Source of the DNA: an uncultured Candidatus Saccharibacteria bacterium | GTDB taxonomy: Bacteria; Patescibacteriota; Minisyncoccia; Minisyncoccales; GWA2-38-27 | Reading direction: 5' to 3' | Assembly: GCA_964583485.1 (NCBI GenBank) | Contig: CAZOVC010000004.1 | Coordinates: 1-44,941 of the forward strand | Length of the DNA: 44,941 nucleotides | Part shown: piece by piece, positions 1 to 8,249 of the stretch | How positions within the stretch are numbered: the stretch's first letter is position 1 | Layout: the number at the start of each line of letters is the position of its first letter | Translations under genes and position numbers: made by a program | The notes under the pieces: model-generated | The model's database searches: none | The model's input: the letters and a program-made list of their open reading frames with translations, nothing else | What the model was told of the DNA's origin: nothing

Positions 1-2
1 AA

Positions 3-395
3 GATTTGAATATTGCTATAGGAATAAGAAAAAGAATAGTCGGAATAACAGGCACGACCTATAAACCCCTTGATAATCAGCATCAAATTAGAGAAGCCCT
101 AGAAAAAACAGTCAAAGAATTAAATAAAACAACTAATGCCTTTTCTAAGGCCTTATTTGTAATACTTCTTCTTTCCTACATTCAGCCATTTCAAGACGGA
201 AACAAACGCACCGCCAGATTAATGGCTAATGCCGTTCTTTTGGCAAATAATGTTTGTCCGCTTTCTTTTAGAAGCATAGATGAAGCTGATTATAAAAAAG
301 CAGTTATTTTGTTTTACGAACAAAACAATGCCGGCTTTTTTAAAAAGCTTTTTGTTGAACAATTTAAATTCGCAGTAAAAAACTACTTTTTATAA
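3..395 (+). CDS. Fic/DOC family protein, C-terminal part (runs off left edge)
   Basis: Fic-like motif QPFQDGNKRTAR; frame is open to the window edge. Confidence 0.85.
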   Translation, partial: DLNIAIGIRKRIVGITGTTYKPLDNQHQIREALEKTVKELNKTTNAFSKALFVILLLSYIQPFQDGNKRTARLMANAVLLANNVCPLSFRSIDEADYKKAVILFYEQNNAGFFKKLFVEQFKFAVKNYFL

Positions 396-476
396 AAAAA
401 GTTCGAGAATAATTGCTGAGGATTAATACAGAGAAGGGGATTATGAGGATTTTGAAAAGGGTGTGAATAACTGCTA

Positions 477-504
477 TTGACAACACTTTTGGCTGATGTA
501 TATT
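477..504 (+). promoter_or_regulatory. sigma70-type promoter for acidic small ORF
   Basis: TTGACA 477-482, 16 bp spacer, TATATT 499-504. Confidence 0.55.
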
Positions 505-557
505 TATATTTAAAAGGTTGATTCTTTTGTAAATTTAGCAAATTAATAATTAATAAA

Positions 558-701
558 ATGTTGCCAGAGAAGTTAAATTTTTATAATTATGATGAATTAG
601 ATGAAACAGATGAACTGGATGAATTAGATAAATATAATATAGAAGAGAGAGAGGAAAATGAAGAGTTTGAATATGACGAAGAAGATGAAGAAGAATATTA
701 A
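558..701 (+). CDS. 47-aa highly acidic small protein (not in supplied ORF track)
   Basis: ATG..TAA, MLPEKLNFYNYDELDETDELDELDKYNIEEREENEEFEYDEEDEEEY; promoter upstream and hairpin terminator right after the stop. Confidence 0.6.
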   Translation: MLPEKLNFYNYDELDETDELDELDKYNIEEREENEEFEYDEEDEEEY

Positions 702-702
702 T

Positions 703-738
703 AATAAAAGAGGCGTCAAGATTGACGCCTCTTTTATT
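703..738. terminator. bidirectional intrinsic terminator
   Basis: perfect 17-bp inverted repeat aataaaagaggcgtcaa / ttgacgcctcttttatt. Confidence 0.85.
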
Positions 739-742
739 TTGC

Positions 743-771
743 TTGACAAGTTTTGATAATGAGTATATACT
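743..771 (+). promoter_or_regulatory. sigma70-type promoter
   Basis: TTGACA 743-748, 17 bp, TATACT 766-771. Confidence 0.8.
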
Positions 772-773
772 GT

Positions 774-803
774 AAATAGTAACTTGAAAAATAGTAACTT
801 GAA
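774..803 (+). repeat. 15-bp tandem duplication in 5' leader
   Basis: aaatagtaacttgaa x2. Confidence 0.8.
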
Positions 804-848
804 ATTAGAATTATATAAAAGTAATTAATAGCAAGAAAGGGGAATGAA

Positions 849-1223
849 GTGAAAGCTAAAGACATTATAGCTAAGATAGCAGAAAGCTTGGAATATTATA
901 AGTTGGTTAAACTTTGGAGTTCCGAAGATAATAACACCAAAGATTTACCACCAGAGATTGTCCAAATAGTTAAGGGCTTGAACAAAAGAATATATGAGGA
1001 AAAGCAATCTTTTTTTCGTAGTTTTGGACTAAAGTCGCGTGAGCCACATGCAAATACAATTACTTTTAAAGTACCTCAAGATATTCAAACTGCCAAAAAT
1101 GAATTTGACAAAGAACTAAAAGAACAAATGCTTGTTTTTGTTGAACTTATGGATTTAATACCAGCGGGAATCTTGTTTCCAGCATTAAAAGAGGATTTAG
1201 TGCCAGAACCAATTGCTATCTAA
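849..1223 (+). CDS. hypothetical protein (GTG start)
   Basis: 124-aa ORF with own promoter and terminator; no recognised motif. Confidence 0.7.
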   Translation: MKAKDIIAKIAESLEYYKLVKLWSSEDNNTKDLPPEIVQIVKGLNKRIYEEKQSFFRSFGLKSREPHANTITFKVPQDIQTAKNEFDKELKEQMLVFVELMDLIPAGILFPALKEDLVPEPIAI

Positions 1224-1234
1224 CTCGAAAAAAC

Positions 1235-1266
1235 AAAGGACCCGAGTAAAATATCGGGTCTTTTTA
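1235..1266 (+). terminator. intrinsic terminator
   Basis: ggacccga / tcgggtct stem followed by T tract. Confidence 0.75.
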
Positions 1267-1277
1267 TTGTGCGACAT

Positions 1278-2237
1278 TTATTCTTTTAGATTTTTTCCAC
1301 TATGGAATTTGCGGTGAATATCGCGTAATCTTTTATTGGTGACGTGAGTGTAAATTTGAGTGCTGGTAATACTTTTGTGGCCTAAAAATTCCTGAATGGT
1401 TCTAAGATCAACCCCTTGACTTAAAAAATCAGTTGCTAGACTGTGCCTAAGGGTGTGCGGAGTAGTAAAAATTGGCACACCAGATAAAATCGCATAGTTT
1501 TTAACAACTCTTTCTATAGAACGGGCTGTTAAACGAGCGTCTGTATCTTTCCTAGCTCTATAATGGATAAATAGAGCTTTTTCTTTATCATTACGCGTTT
1601 CCAGATATTTCTCGAGCCAAGACAAAGCCCTTTCTGAGAGATAAACAGTTCTAGGATAACCTCCTTTGCCAATTATACTAAGTTCAAAGTCCTTTTTATT
1701 TCTTATATTTGTGAATTGTTCACGATTTAGAGCTACTAATTCAGCTATTCGGAGGCCTGTTGAAAATAAAGTTTCCAAAATAGCCCTGTCTCTCAATCCT
1801 ATTATATTTTTAGTATCAGGAGCCAATAAAAGTTTCTCAATCTGTTCTAAATTAAGGAATTTTACAGTTTTTTCTCTTCTACTATCTTTTGGGAGCCTTA
1901 TTTTGTCTGAAGGAATGGAAACTATATCTTTTGCTGAAAAATAGCTTAGAAGGGCTCTTAGAGCGATTAAATAGTAGTTCTGAGTAATTTTCTTTAGAGA
2001 TTTGCCTGTTTTTGGGTCTATATTACGAGATAGAAAAAGGCGATATTTCCAAACATCTTCTGATTTAAATTGATGTGGTTTTATATTTTCTTTATTATTT
2101 TTCTTCAACCAAAAGACAAACTTATTTAAATAACGTTGATAATTCTTTTGAGTATTATCTGATAAACCTTGTTCTACTTCACAATAGTCTAAAAAATCAG
2201 GGATATGTTCAATAATGCTTATATTTGATTTTTTCAT
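1278..2237 (-). CDS. XerC/XerD-type tyrosine recombinase
   Basis: GLRIAELV, HTLRHS, LGH, TQIYTH catalytic motifs plus N-terminal SAM-like domain. Confidence 0.93.
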   Translation of the reverse strand: MKKSNISIIEHIPDFLDYCEVEQGLSDNTQKNYQRYLNKFVFWLKKNNKENIKPHQFKSEDVWKYRLFLSRNIDPKTGKSLKKITQNYYLIALRALLSYFSAKDIVSIPSDKIRLPKDSRREKTVKFLNLEQIEKLLLAPDTKNIIGLRDRAILETLFSTGLRIAELVALNREQFTNIRNKKDFELSIIGKGGYPRTVYLSERALSWLEKYLETRNDKEKALFIHYRARKDTDARLTARSIERVVKNYAILSGVPIFTTPHTLRHSLATDFLSQGVDLRTIQEFLGHKSITSTQIYTHVTNKRLRDIHRKFHSGKNLKE

Positions 2238-2380
2238 AGTTATAGGGAAGAGCTCTTTGAATTGTCGCTTTACCTTTATTGTCCGACATTCCTTATATTT
2301 ATATTAACCCTCTCCCCTAACCCCTGTCAACCCGTTGAAAGTGGATAACTTCTAACCGGGTTAAGTGGAAAAAACTAAAT

Positions 2381-2410
2381 AAAAAAAGAGCCGTGTGTTT
2401 TAGACGGCTC
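2381..2410 (-). terminator. intrinsic terminator
   Basis: GAGCCGU/ACGGCUC stem plus 7 U on minus strand, just after ORF 2420-2761. Confidence 0.75.
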
Positions 2411-2419
2411 AATTTAGCT

Positions 2420-2761
2420 TTATTTTTCTGTCGTAACTGCAAACATCATAACACTCTCAATCCCTAATTCTTTTATTGCTATTGTTTTATCATCATGGTA
2501 TTTCCAGTTAGTAAAATCATTTTCACTGTGCTTTTTTCTTTCAAGAAATCCCCCTCCTTCTAAATTAATTCTTGTGATTTGACGCAACGGACATGTATTT
2601 GGTTCTTTAGACATAACTTGACCATATACTTTTTGATCCTTGAAAAGCCAAATCTTTAATTTTCCTCCCACGTTAACGTGATCAAGAACAGCCGTTATTT
2701 GACTTTGTGTCATTTCGCTTACTTCTACCTCATCTTTTACTTTATCTTTTACTGTCGTCAT
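2420..2761 (-). CDS. hypothetical protein
   Basis: 113-aa ORF followed by terminator. Confidence 0.65.
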   Translation of the reverse strand: MTTVKDKVKDEVEVSEMTQSQITAVLDHVNVGGKLKIWLFKDQKVYGQVMSKEPNTCPLRQITRINLEGGGFLERKKHSENDFTNWKYHDDKTIAIKELGIESVMMFAVTTEK

Positions 2762-2867
2762 ATTTCACTTCTTTTCTTTTTAAAACATTCAATATTTTTT
2801 TGTTAAAGACGCTGATTCAAATTAACATATATCAAAAAACTTATCAATAGGCATTAAATGTGGATAC

Positions 2868-3266
2868 TTATTTTATCAGTTCCTTGAGCCGCTGCCACAG
2901 GGATTTCGTGGTTTTGGGTATTTCTTCTTTCATTTCTTGTGTTTCCTTTTTAAATTCCTCTTCAACTCCTGATTTTCTTTGTTCAACTTCTTTTCCTAAA
3001 AAAGAAAGAATCTTATACCAAATATTCTTAAACCATGGTGAAACATAATCTAGCATTTTTTTCCAAAAAACTAAAGATTCCTGCCAGGTTTTATTTAATA
3101 CTTCTGGAAAACCAGTTAAAATTCTCTGGCCCAATGTTTTTGCCTCTTCTAAGGTCTCCGGCGCTTGTGTAACTTCTTGAGCTAAAACATTAGGTATGGC
3201 AAAACTTAATAAAAAAGTGATTATCAAGCTTAATAAAACTATTTTTTTATAATAAAACATATGCAT
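2868..3266 (-). CDS. hypothetical secreted/membrane protein
   Basis: N-terminal signal-like hydrophobic segment ending VLA-QE; overlaps gltX stop. Confidence 0.75.
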   Translation of the reverse strand: MHMFYYKKIVLLSLIITFLLSFAIPNVLAQEVTQAPETLEEAKTLGQRILTGFPEVLNKTWQESLVFWKKMLDYVSPWFKNIWYKILSFLGKEVEQRKSGVEEEFKKETQEMKEEIPKTTKSLWQRLKELIK

Positions 3267-4773
3267 CTTGCAAACGCTTTAGGGTTTTTTCTTTTCCTAA
3301 AATTTCAGCAATTTCAAAAGGGCCGGCTGATGCTTTCTTGCCTGTTAGAGCCGCCCTGAACGGCCAAAGCGCTTCTCCCCTATCTCCTTTAGATATTAAA
3401 GATTTTTCTATATTATTTCTATCCCATTTGTCTATTTTAGACAATACATCTATGGTTTTGTCAAGAGAAGCTTTTACTTCTTTTTCGGTCATATTTTTCC
3501 AAATAAGCAATCCTCTATCATAGACCAATTTATCTTTGAAAAAAAAGTTAGTTAATTCAGTAATTTCTGAAAGTTTTTTCAGCCGTTCTTGATAAACAGC
3601 AACAACTTTTTTGAGATAATCAAGATTTACTTCCTCCTTTGTTTCAATAATCTTATACTTTTGACTAATACTCATTCCCCCATAAGCTGGTGGATACGAT
3701 TCTGTTATAAAAACTGGTTCTAACAGCCCTTCTTGAACTAAATAAGGAATGCATAATTCTGTTAATTTTTCCAAGGATTTTTGACGGATGTAAAAACCGT
3801 TTAAAAAGTCCAATCTTTTAATATTAAAAATTGCTCCTGGTTTTTGAACTCTTTCTATTGAAAACTCTTTAATAAGGGATGCAAAAGAGAATATTTCTCT
3901 TTCAGTTCCTGGATTCCAGCCCAAAAAAGCTAAAAAATTAATTATGGTTTCGGATAAATAACCTTGTTTTTTGTATTCGGCCATTGATACTGCTCCATGC
4001 CTTTTGCTTAATTTACTTTTATCCGGACCTAAAATTAAAGGCAGATGCGCATATTCTGGTTGAGAAAAGCCAAGAGCTTTTTGCAGGAGAATCTGAATCG
4101 GAGCATTAGGCAAAAGATCTTCTCCTCTAATTACATGGCTAATTTTCATTTCAAAATCATCTACTACCACAGCAAAATTATACAAAGGATCATTTAAATC
4201 TTTAGCAATAACAACGTCTCCGATTAAACTGCTGTCAAACTCTACTTTTCCACGAACTAAATCATTGAATACTATTTTTTGCGCAGGCATTTTAAACCTA
4301 ATAATAGATTTTTTTCCATCAGCTAAGTTTTTCTTGACTTGTTTAGAAGAAAGCTGAAGACACTTCCCATTATAACGAGGAGGCAATCCCCTGCTCATTT
4401 GTTCCTGCCTTTGGTCTTCTAATTCTTCTTCTGAACAAAAACAATAATAGGCCTTGTTTTGTTCTAATAATTTCTTCAGATATTTCGTATAAATATCTCC
4501 TCGTTCGCTCTGCCTATATATGTCCTCATCGCTTTCAATTCCTAACCATTTTAAGTTATCAATAATATCTTGTTCAAACTCTGGCTTAGACCTTTCAACA
4601 TCAGTGTCCTCAACTCTTAAAATAAAGCTGCCTTTGCTTTTCTTGGCAAAAATATAATTAAAAAGCGCTGTTCTAGCGCTGCCAATATGAAGAAAACCAG
4701 TTGGCGAAGGAGCAAATCTGGTCCTGACTTCTCCTTGTTTAATAAACTTAAATTTCTCAATAATTCCCATCAT
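3247..4773 (-). CDS. gltX: glutamate--tRNA ligase
   Basis: RFAPSPTGFLHIGSAR, HVIRGED, KLSKRHG; start moved to ATG 4773 to avoid overlap with mrdA. Confidence 0.97.
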   Translation of the reverse strand: MMGIIEKFKFIKQGEVRTRFAPSPTGFLHIGSARTALFNYIFAKKSKGSFILRVEDTDVERSKPEFEQDIIDNLKWLGIESDEDIYRQSERGDIYTKYLKKLLEQNKAYYCFCSEEELEDQRQEQMSRGLPPRYNGKCLQLSSKQVKKNLADGKKSIIRFKMPAQKIVFNDLVRGKVEFDSSLIGDVVIAKDLNDPLYNFAVVVDDFEMKISHVIRGEDLLPNAPIQILLQKALGFSQPEYAHLPLILGPDKSKLSKRHGAVSMAEYKKQGYLSETIINFLAFLGWNPGTEREIFSFASLIKEFSIERVQKPGAIFNIKRLDFLNGFYIRQKSLEKLTELCIPYLVQEGLLEPVFITESYPPAYGGMSISQKYKIIETKEEVNLDYLKKVVAVYQERLKKLSEITELTNFFFKDKLVYDRGLLIWKNMTEKEVKASLDKTIDVLSKIDKWDRNNIEKSLISKGDRGEALWPFRAALTGKKASAGPFEIAEILGKEKTLKRLQDAYVLL

Positions 4774-4796
4774 TATTTTAATATACCACAAAATCT

Positions 4797-6587
4797 CTAT
4801 TTCGTAAAATACCACTGCAGTACTTCTTTTGCTACTGGCAAAACAGCTGACTGGAGTCCTTTTATATCCTCAATCATAATTATTAGGACGATTTGGGGGT
4901 CATCATAAGGAGCAAAAACAGCAATCCAATTGTCATAATAATTAGGCCGGAATGTTTCAGCAGTTCCGGTCTTAGCAGCAGCTGAAACTGGCAAAAAATT
5001 TAATAAGGTGGCTGAAGCATAAGGACTTCCCTGTCCTGTTACAGCCATTCTCATTCCCTGTTTAACAATTTTAAGGTTTTCTGGATTAATAAAATTTTCT
5101 CTTAAAATCTCGGGTTTGATTTCTTCAATAAGATTTTTTTCGCTGTCTACAATTTGTTTAACAACTTGGGGTTTATATAGAGTTCCTTTATTAGCTATAG
5201 CCGCAAAAGCAGAAGCCACTTGAAGAGGGGTCACTTTTATATCACCCTGACCAATGGAAAGATTATAAGTATCGCCATCCCACCAATCCTCTTTTTTAAC
5301 TTCTTTTTTCCAATCAGGAAAAGGAATAAAACCATTAGTTTCCCCTGGAAGGTCAATGCCAGTTTTTTTGCCCCAGCCAAAAAGCTCAAGATATTTTTTA
5401 ATTCTTGAGGGGCCTAATCCTTCCTGGTCTTTATATCCTGCTCCAACTGTATAAAAATAAACATTACAGGATTCAGCAATTGCTTTTCTCATATCAGTTA
5501 AACCATGGACTCGCCAATCTTGTTTTTCAGTAAAGGCTTCTGGGTCATATCTGTTGGGAATAATAATCTTTCCTTGACAATTAATTTTCTTGGAAGGAGA
5601 AATTATTTCTTCTTCTAAAACAGCTGAAGCAATTAAAGGTTTGATAGTAGAGCCAGTTGGATATAAACCTGCTATCGCCCTATTGAAAAGAGGGTCTTGT
5701 TTTTCAGGGTCTTCCAGAAGATTTTTAAGGGCTTCTTGGTCAGCTCCTTTGCTAAACAAATTATTATCATAACTAGGTATATTAACTAAAGCCAACACTC
5801 CTCCGGTTTTTGGATTCAAAGCCACGCCAACTGCTTTTTCAGCTCCTGTATTTTGGAGAACGTTATTAAGAGTTTGTTCAATTTTCTTCTCTAATTCCGA
5901 ATCCAGCCACAAAACTAAACTCTTTCCTGACTCTGGCAAAGAAATTATTTCTTTTGATAATAGATTTCCAAAAGCATCTCTTTTAATTCTGGTTTTTCCT
6001 GGGTTTTTTTTTAGAATCTCTTCATATGACTTTTCAAGACCGTCTCTGCCAACATATTCCTCATCACTTTCTTTTCCAGTATAACCAATCAAATGAGCAA
6101 AGATTGAACCTTCTTTGTAATATCTAATAGAATTTTGCTCAATTTGAAAACCAGGAAATTGAGCAATTTTTGTCTCAAGTAAAACTAATGTCTGGTGGTC
6201 AAGGTTATCATAATTACCTTTAGTAATTTCTTCCACTTCTTTTAAAACTCTCATTCTTTCTGACTCATCTTCAGGAAGCTTATTTTTATCTAAAACTAAA
6301 TCAAAACCCGGCTCGTTAAAAACCAGCTGGTTGCCCTGACTATCATAAATTACTCCTCGTTCTGCTTTAATTGAATGAAATATAAATTTGTTTTCATCGG
6401 CTAAAACAGAATATTTTTTATTTTCTAAAACCTGAAACTGAAACGTTTTAACAAAAAGAACAAAAAGAAAAATAATAAAAAAAAGCAAAACCCCCTTAAG
6501 GATTTTTTTAGAAAGAGGGATTTCTAACCTCGCAAGCTGGTCTAAGAAAATCTCTTGCGGTTCAATGTCTTTATTGAATTCGAACAT
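4797..6587 (-). CDS. mrdA: penicillin-binding protein 2
   Basis: RGVIYD, GSTIK (SxxK), SCN (SxN), KTG motifs; downstream of mreCD. Confidence 0.93.
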   Translation of the reverse strand: MFEFNKDIEPQEIFLDQLARLEIPLSKKILKGVLLFFIIFLFVLFVKTFQFQVLENKKYSVLADENKFIFHSIKAERGVIYDSQGNQLVFNEPGFDLVLDKNKLPEDESERMRVLKEVEEITKGNYDNLDHQTLVLLETKIAQFPGFQIEQNSIRYYKEGSIFAHLIGYTGKESDEEYVGRDGLEKSYEEILKKNPGKTRIKRDAFGNLLSKEIISLPESGKSLVLWLDSELEKKIEQTLNNVLQNTGAEKAVGVALNPKTGGVLALVNIPSYDNNLFSKGADQEALKNLLEDPEKQDPLFNRAIAGLYPTGSTIKPLIASAVLEEEIISPSKKINCQGKIIIPNRYDPEAFTEKQDWRVHGLTDMRKAIAESCNVYFYTVGAGYKDQEGLGPSRIKKYLELFGWGKKTGIDLPGETNGFIPFPDWKKEVKKEDWWDGDTYNLSIGQGDIKVTPLQVASAFAAIANKGTLYKPQVVKQIVDSEKNLIEEIKPEILRENFINPENLKIVKQGMRMAVTGQGSPYASATLLNFLPVSAAAKTGTAETFRPNYYDNWIAVFAPYDDPQIVLIIMIEDIKGLQSAVLPVAKEVLQWYFTK

Positions 6588-6867
6588 ATCTCTTAAAAAT
6601 TAATTTTATGAAAATTGCTAATCCCGCTAAAATTAAAACATAAAAACCAATAAGGCGACCAGAAAATATATCTAAAAAGAATCCTCCGATAAGACCATTA
6701 ATCACTCCAAAATAATTCCTTCTTTTTTCTAAGAAATTCCAAATAATTACCGAAATTAAAACAAGATTTGGAACTGCATTAAATATAGTAAAATGAACCA
6801 AAAAACTGGTTTGAATCAAAACCAAGAAATAAAAAACAATTATTGAGATTAAAATCTTCTTAAACAT
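6571..6867 (-). CDS. mreD: rod shape-determining protein MreD (short)
   Basis: hydrophobic ORF between mreC and mrdA; PNLVLI and GGFFLDIFS patterns. Confidence 0.75.
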   Translation of the reverse strand: MFKKILISIIVFYFLVLIQTSFLVHFTIFNAVPNLVLISVIIWNFLEKRRNYFGVINGLIGGFFLDIFSGRLIGFYVLILAGLAIFIKLIFKRYVRIQ

Positions 6868-6872
6868 AATAG

Positions 6873-6920
6873 TTGTGATAAGCTTAGCTTATCGGTACCG
6901 ATAAGCTAAGCTTATCACAA
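6873..6920. repeat. perfect 48-bp palindrome made of two inverted hairpin units
   Basis: ttgtgataagcttagcttatcggt|accgataagctaagcttatcacaa. Confidence 0.95.
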
Positions 6921-6923
6921 TAC

Positions 6924-7709
6924 TTAAAACTCTAAAATAATAAAAAGATTATTTGTTTGGGAAATATCAAAAAATGGTTCAATTTCTGCTTGCTGAAAAG
7001 GCTCAACATCGCTTCTCTTGATTTTCTTGATTCTGCCAACCAAAAGTCCTTCTGGGAAAATTCCCCCAAGAACGCTAGTTACAACAATATCGCCTTCATA
7101 TATATTTTCTTCGCGAGGAATAAGGTCAAACAAAATTCTAAAATTTCCCTGGCCTTTTACAACTCCTGAAATATCACCTATTTTGGCGTCAAAAGAACTT
7201 TCTTCATACGAGATAAGCATTACTTTTGAGAAATTATCATAAACCTCGCTAATTTTTCCTACTAAAACTCTTTGCTGAGTAATAACTGGCATATCTTTTA
7301 AAATATTGTCTTGAGCGCCTTTATCAATTAAGATAAAATCTTGGGAAATATCCTTGCCAATTATTTGAGCTAAAGATAATTTAAAATCTTCTTGAAGTCC
7401 CAGGTCTAATGCTTGTCTTAAGCTTTTATTTTCCTTGTTTAAGCTTTCTAAAGCAACAACCTGGCCAAGCAGTTCTTGATTTTCAAGTTTAAATTCATCT
7501 AATTCTTGTTTTAATGTTTTTACTTGCGCAACGCCTTGTAAAAAATCAGACGTGCTATCCCCTGCCCTGAAAAGAACTTTCTGAATTGGCGCAGAAAAAA
7601 AATAAAACAAGCTTCTAACTTCTTTTTGGAAAAAATTCATCAAAGAAACAACCAAAACCGCTGCAACAACCATTATCAAAATCTTGTTTTTCTTTAAAGA
7701 GAGTTTCAT
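6924..7709 (-). CDS. mreC: rod shape-determining protein MreC
   Basis: TM, coiled coil (ENQEL, ENKSLRQAL), IDKG, LVGKI, GDIVVTS, FPEGLLVG. Confidence 0.93.
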   Translation of the reverse strand: MKLSLKKNKILIMVVAAVLVVSLMNFFQKEVRSLFYFFSAPIQKVLFRAGDSTSDFLQGVAQVKTLKQELDEFKLENQELLGQVVALESLNKENKSLRQALDLGLQEDFKLSLAQIIGKDISQDFILIDKGAQDNILKDMPVITQQRVLVGKISEVYDNFSKVMLISYEESSFDAKIGDISGVVKGQGNFRILFDLIPREENIYEGDIVVTSVLGGIFPEGLLVGRIKKIKRSDVEPFQQAEIEPFFDISQTNNLFIILEF

Positions 7710-7736
7710 ATATTATATTTTACTCCAAATTAAGCC

Positions 7737-7771
7737 AAAATAAAAGGGCCCGTTGTAACTAAACGAACCCT
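7737..7771 (-). terminator. intrinsic terminator
   Basis: AGGGUUCGUU/AACGGGCCCU stem (two G-U pairs) plus U tract on minus strand. Confidence 0.75.
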
Positions 7772-7782
7772 ATTTTCTATTT

Positions 7783-7980
7783 TTACCACTCTTTCACAAT
7801 TTTTAATAATAATTTGGGAGTTCGGCTTATTCCAGTATGCTGTGACCTACCGGCCTGCCGTTTCAAAAAATTCTCGCACTCTGATAAAGCCTCATCATCG
7901 TTTTCTTTCTCAAATATCTCTCCGGCTTTACTACTTCAACCCATCAATTCTTGACTGTAAATAAATCTATACTTTGCCAT
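7783..7980 (-). pseudogene. 65-codon small ORF with one in-frame TGA at codon 15
   Basis: MAKYRFIYSQELMG*SSKAGEIFEKENDDEALSECENFLKRQAGRSQHTGISRTPKLLLKIVKEW; TGA at 7936-7938; consensus promoter upstream, terminator right after TAA. Confidence 0.55.
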
Positions 7981-8040
7981 GTTTTATCTCCCTATTAAAT
8001 TTTGAAATATCAATTTTTTTAGGGTTAATTTTCTACTTAC

Positions 8041-8069
8041 ATTATACACCCGTTGTGTAGATTTGTCAA
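8041..8069 (-). promoter_or_regulatory. consensus sigma70 promoter
   Basis: TTGACA (8069-8064), 17 bp, TATAAT (8046-8041). Confidence 0.85.
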
Positions 8070-8075
8070 GGAGGG

Positions 8076-8105
8076 TTGACAAGTGTTCTTGGAATTTGTT
8101 ATACT
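8076..8105 (+). promoter_or_regulatory. sigma70 promoter, back-to-back with the previous one
   Basis: TTGACA 8076-8081, 18 bp, TG-T-TATACT ending 8105. Confidence 0.75.
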
Positions 8106-8111
8106 TAAAGT

Positions 8112-8249
8112 AGTAAATATGAGTTTTTGCGGAGTTGAAATGCAGAAAGTCGGCTCTACTGCGGGGTGCAAGTAGACTAGCAATAGTATCGAAAGCACTA
8201 CGATGAGGAACCGCCGTTCCTCCAGCTCCACAAAGGCTCATATTTTTTT
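8112..8249 (+). ncRNA. candidate structured small RNA (multi-helix junction)
   Basis: 23-bp closing stem 8115-8137/8223-8245 with three G-U pairs and one mismatch, four abutting internal hairpins, promoter just upstream, U run 8243-8249. Confidence 0.55.

Noticed and set aside
1278-2237. Xer gene as a prophage or integron integrase
   Set aside because: No phage genes, att repeats or attC arrays; features fit a chromosomal XerC/D
7936-7938. UGA recoding (code 25, or selenocysteine) as a genome-wide explanation
   Set aside because: TGA is a real stop in ATGA overlaps at 23053, 29494 and 43710, and no SECIS-like hairpin follows the codon
8188-8222. Hammerhead, SRP or tRNA identity for the candidate sRNA
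   Set aside because: No CUGAUGA-stem-GAAA order, no SRP GGAA/GCAG loop motif, no T-loop or cloverleaf
7984-8241. ORFs 7984-8241 and 8037-8231
   Set aside because: They run across two promoters and the structured RNA and show no protein-like features
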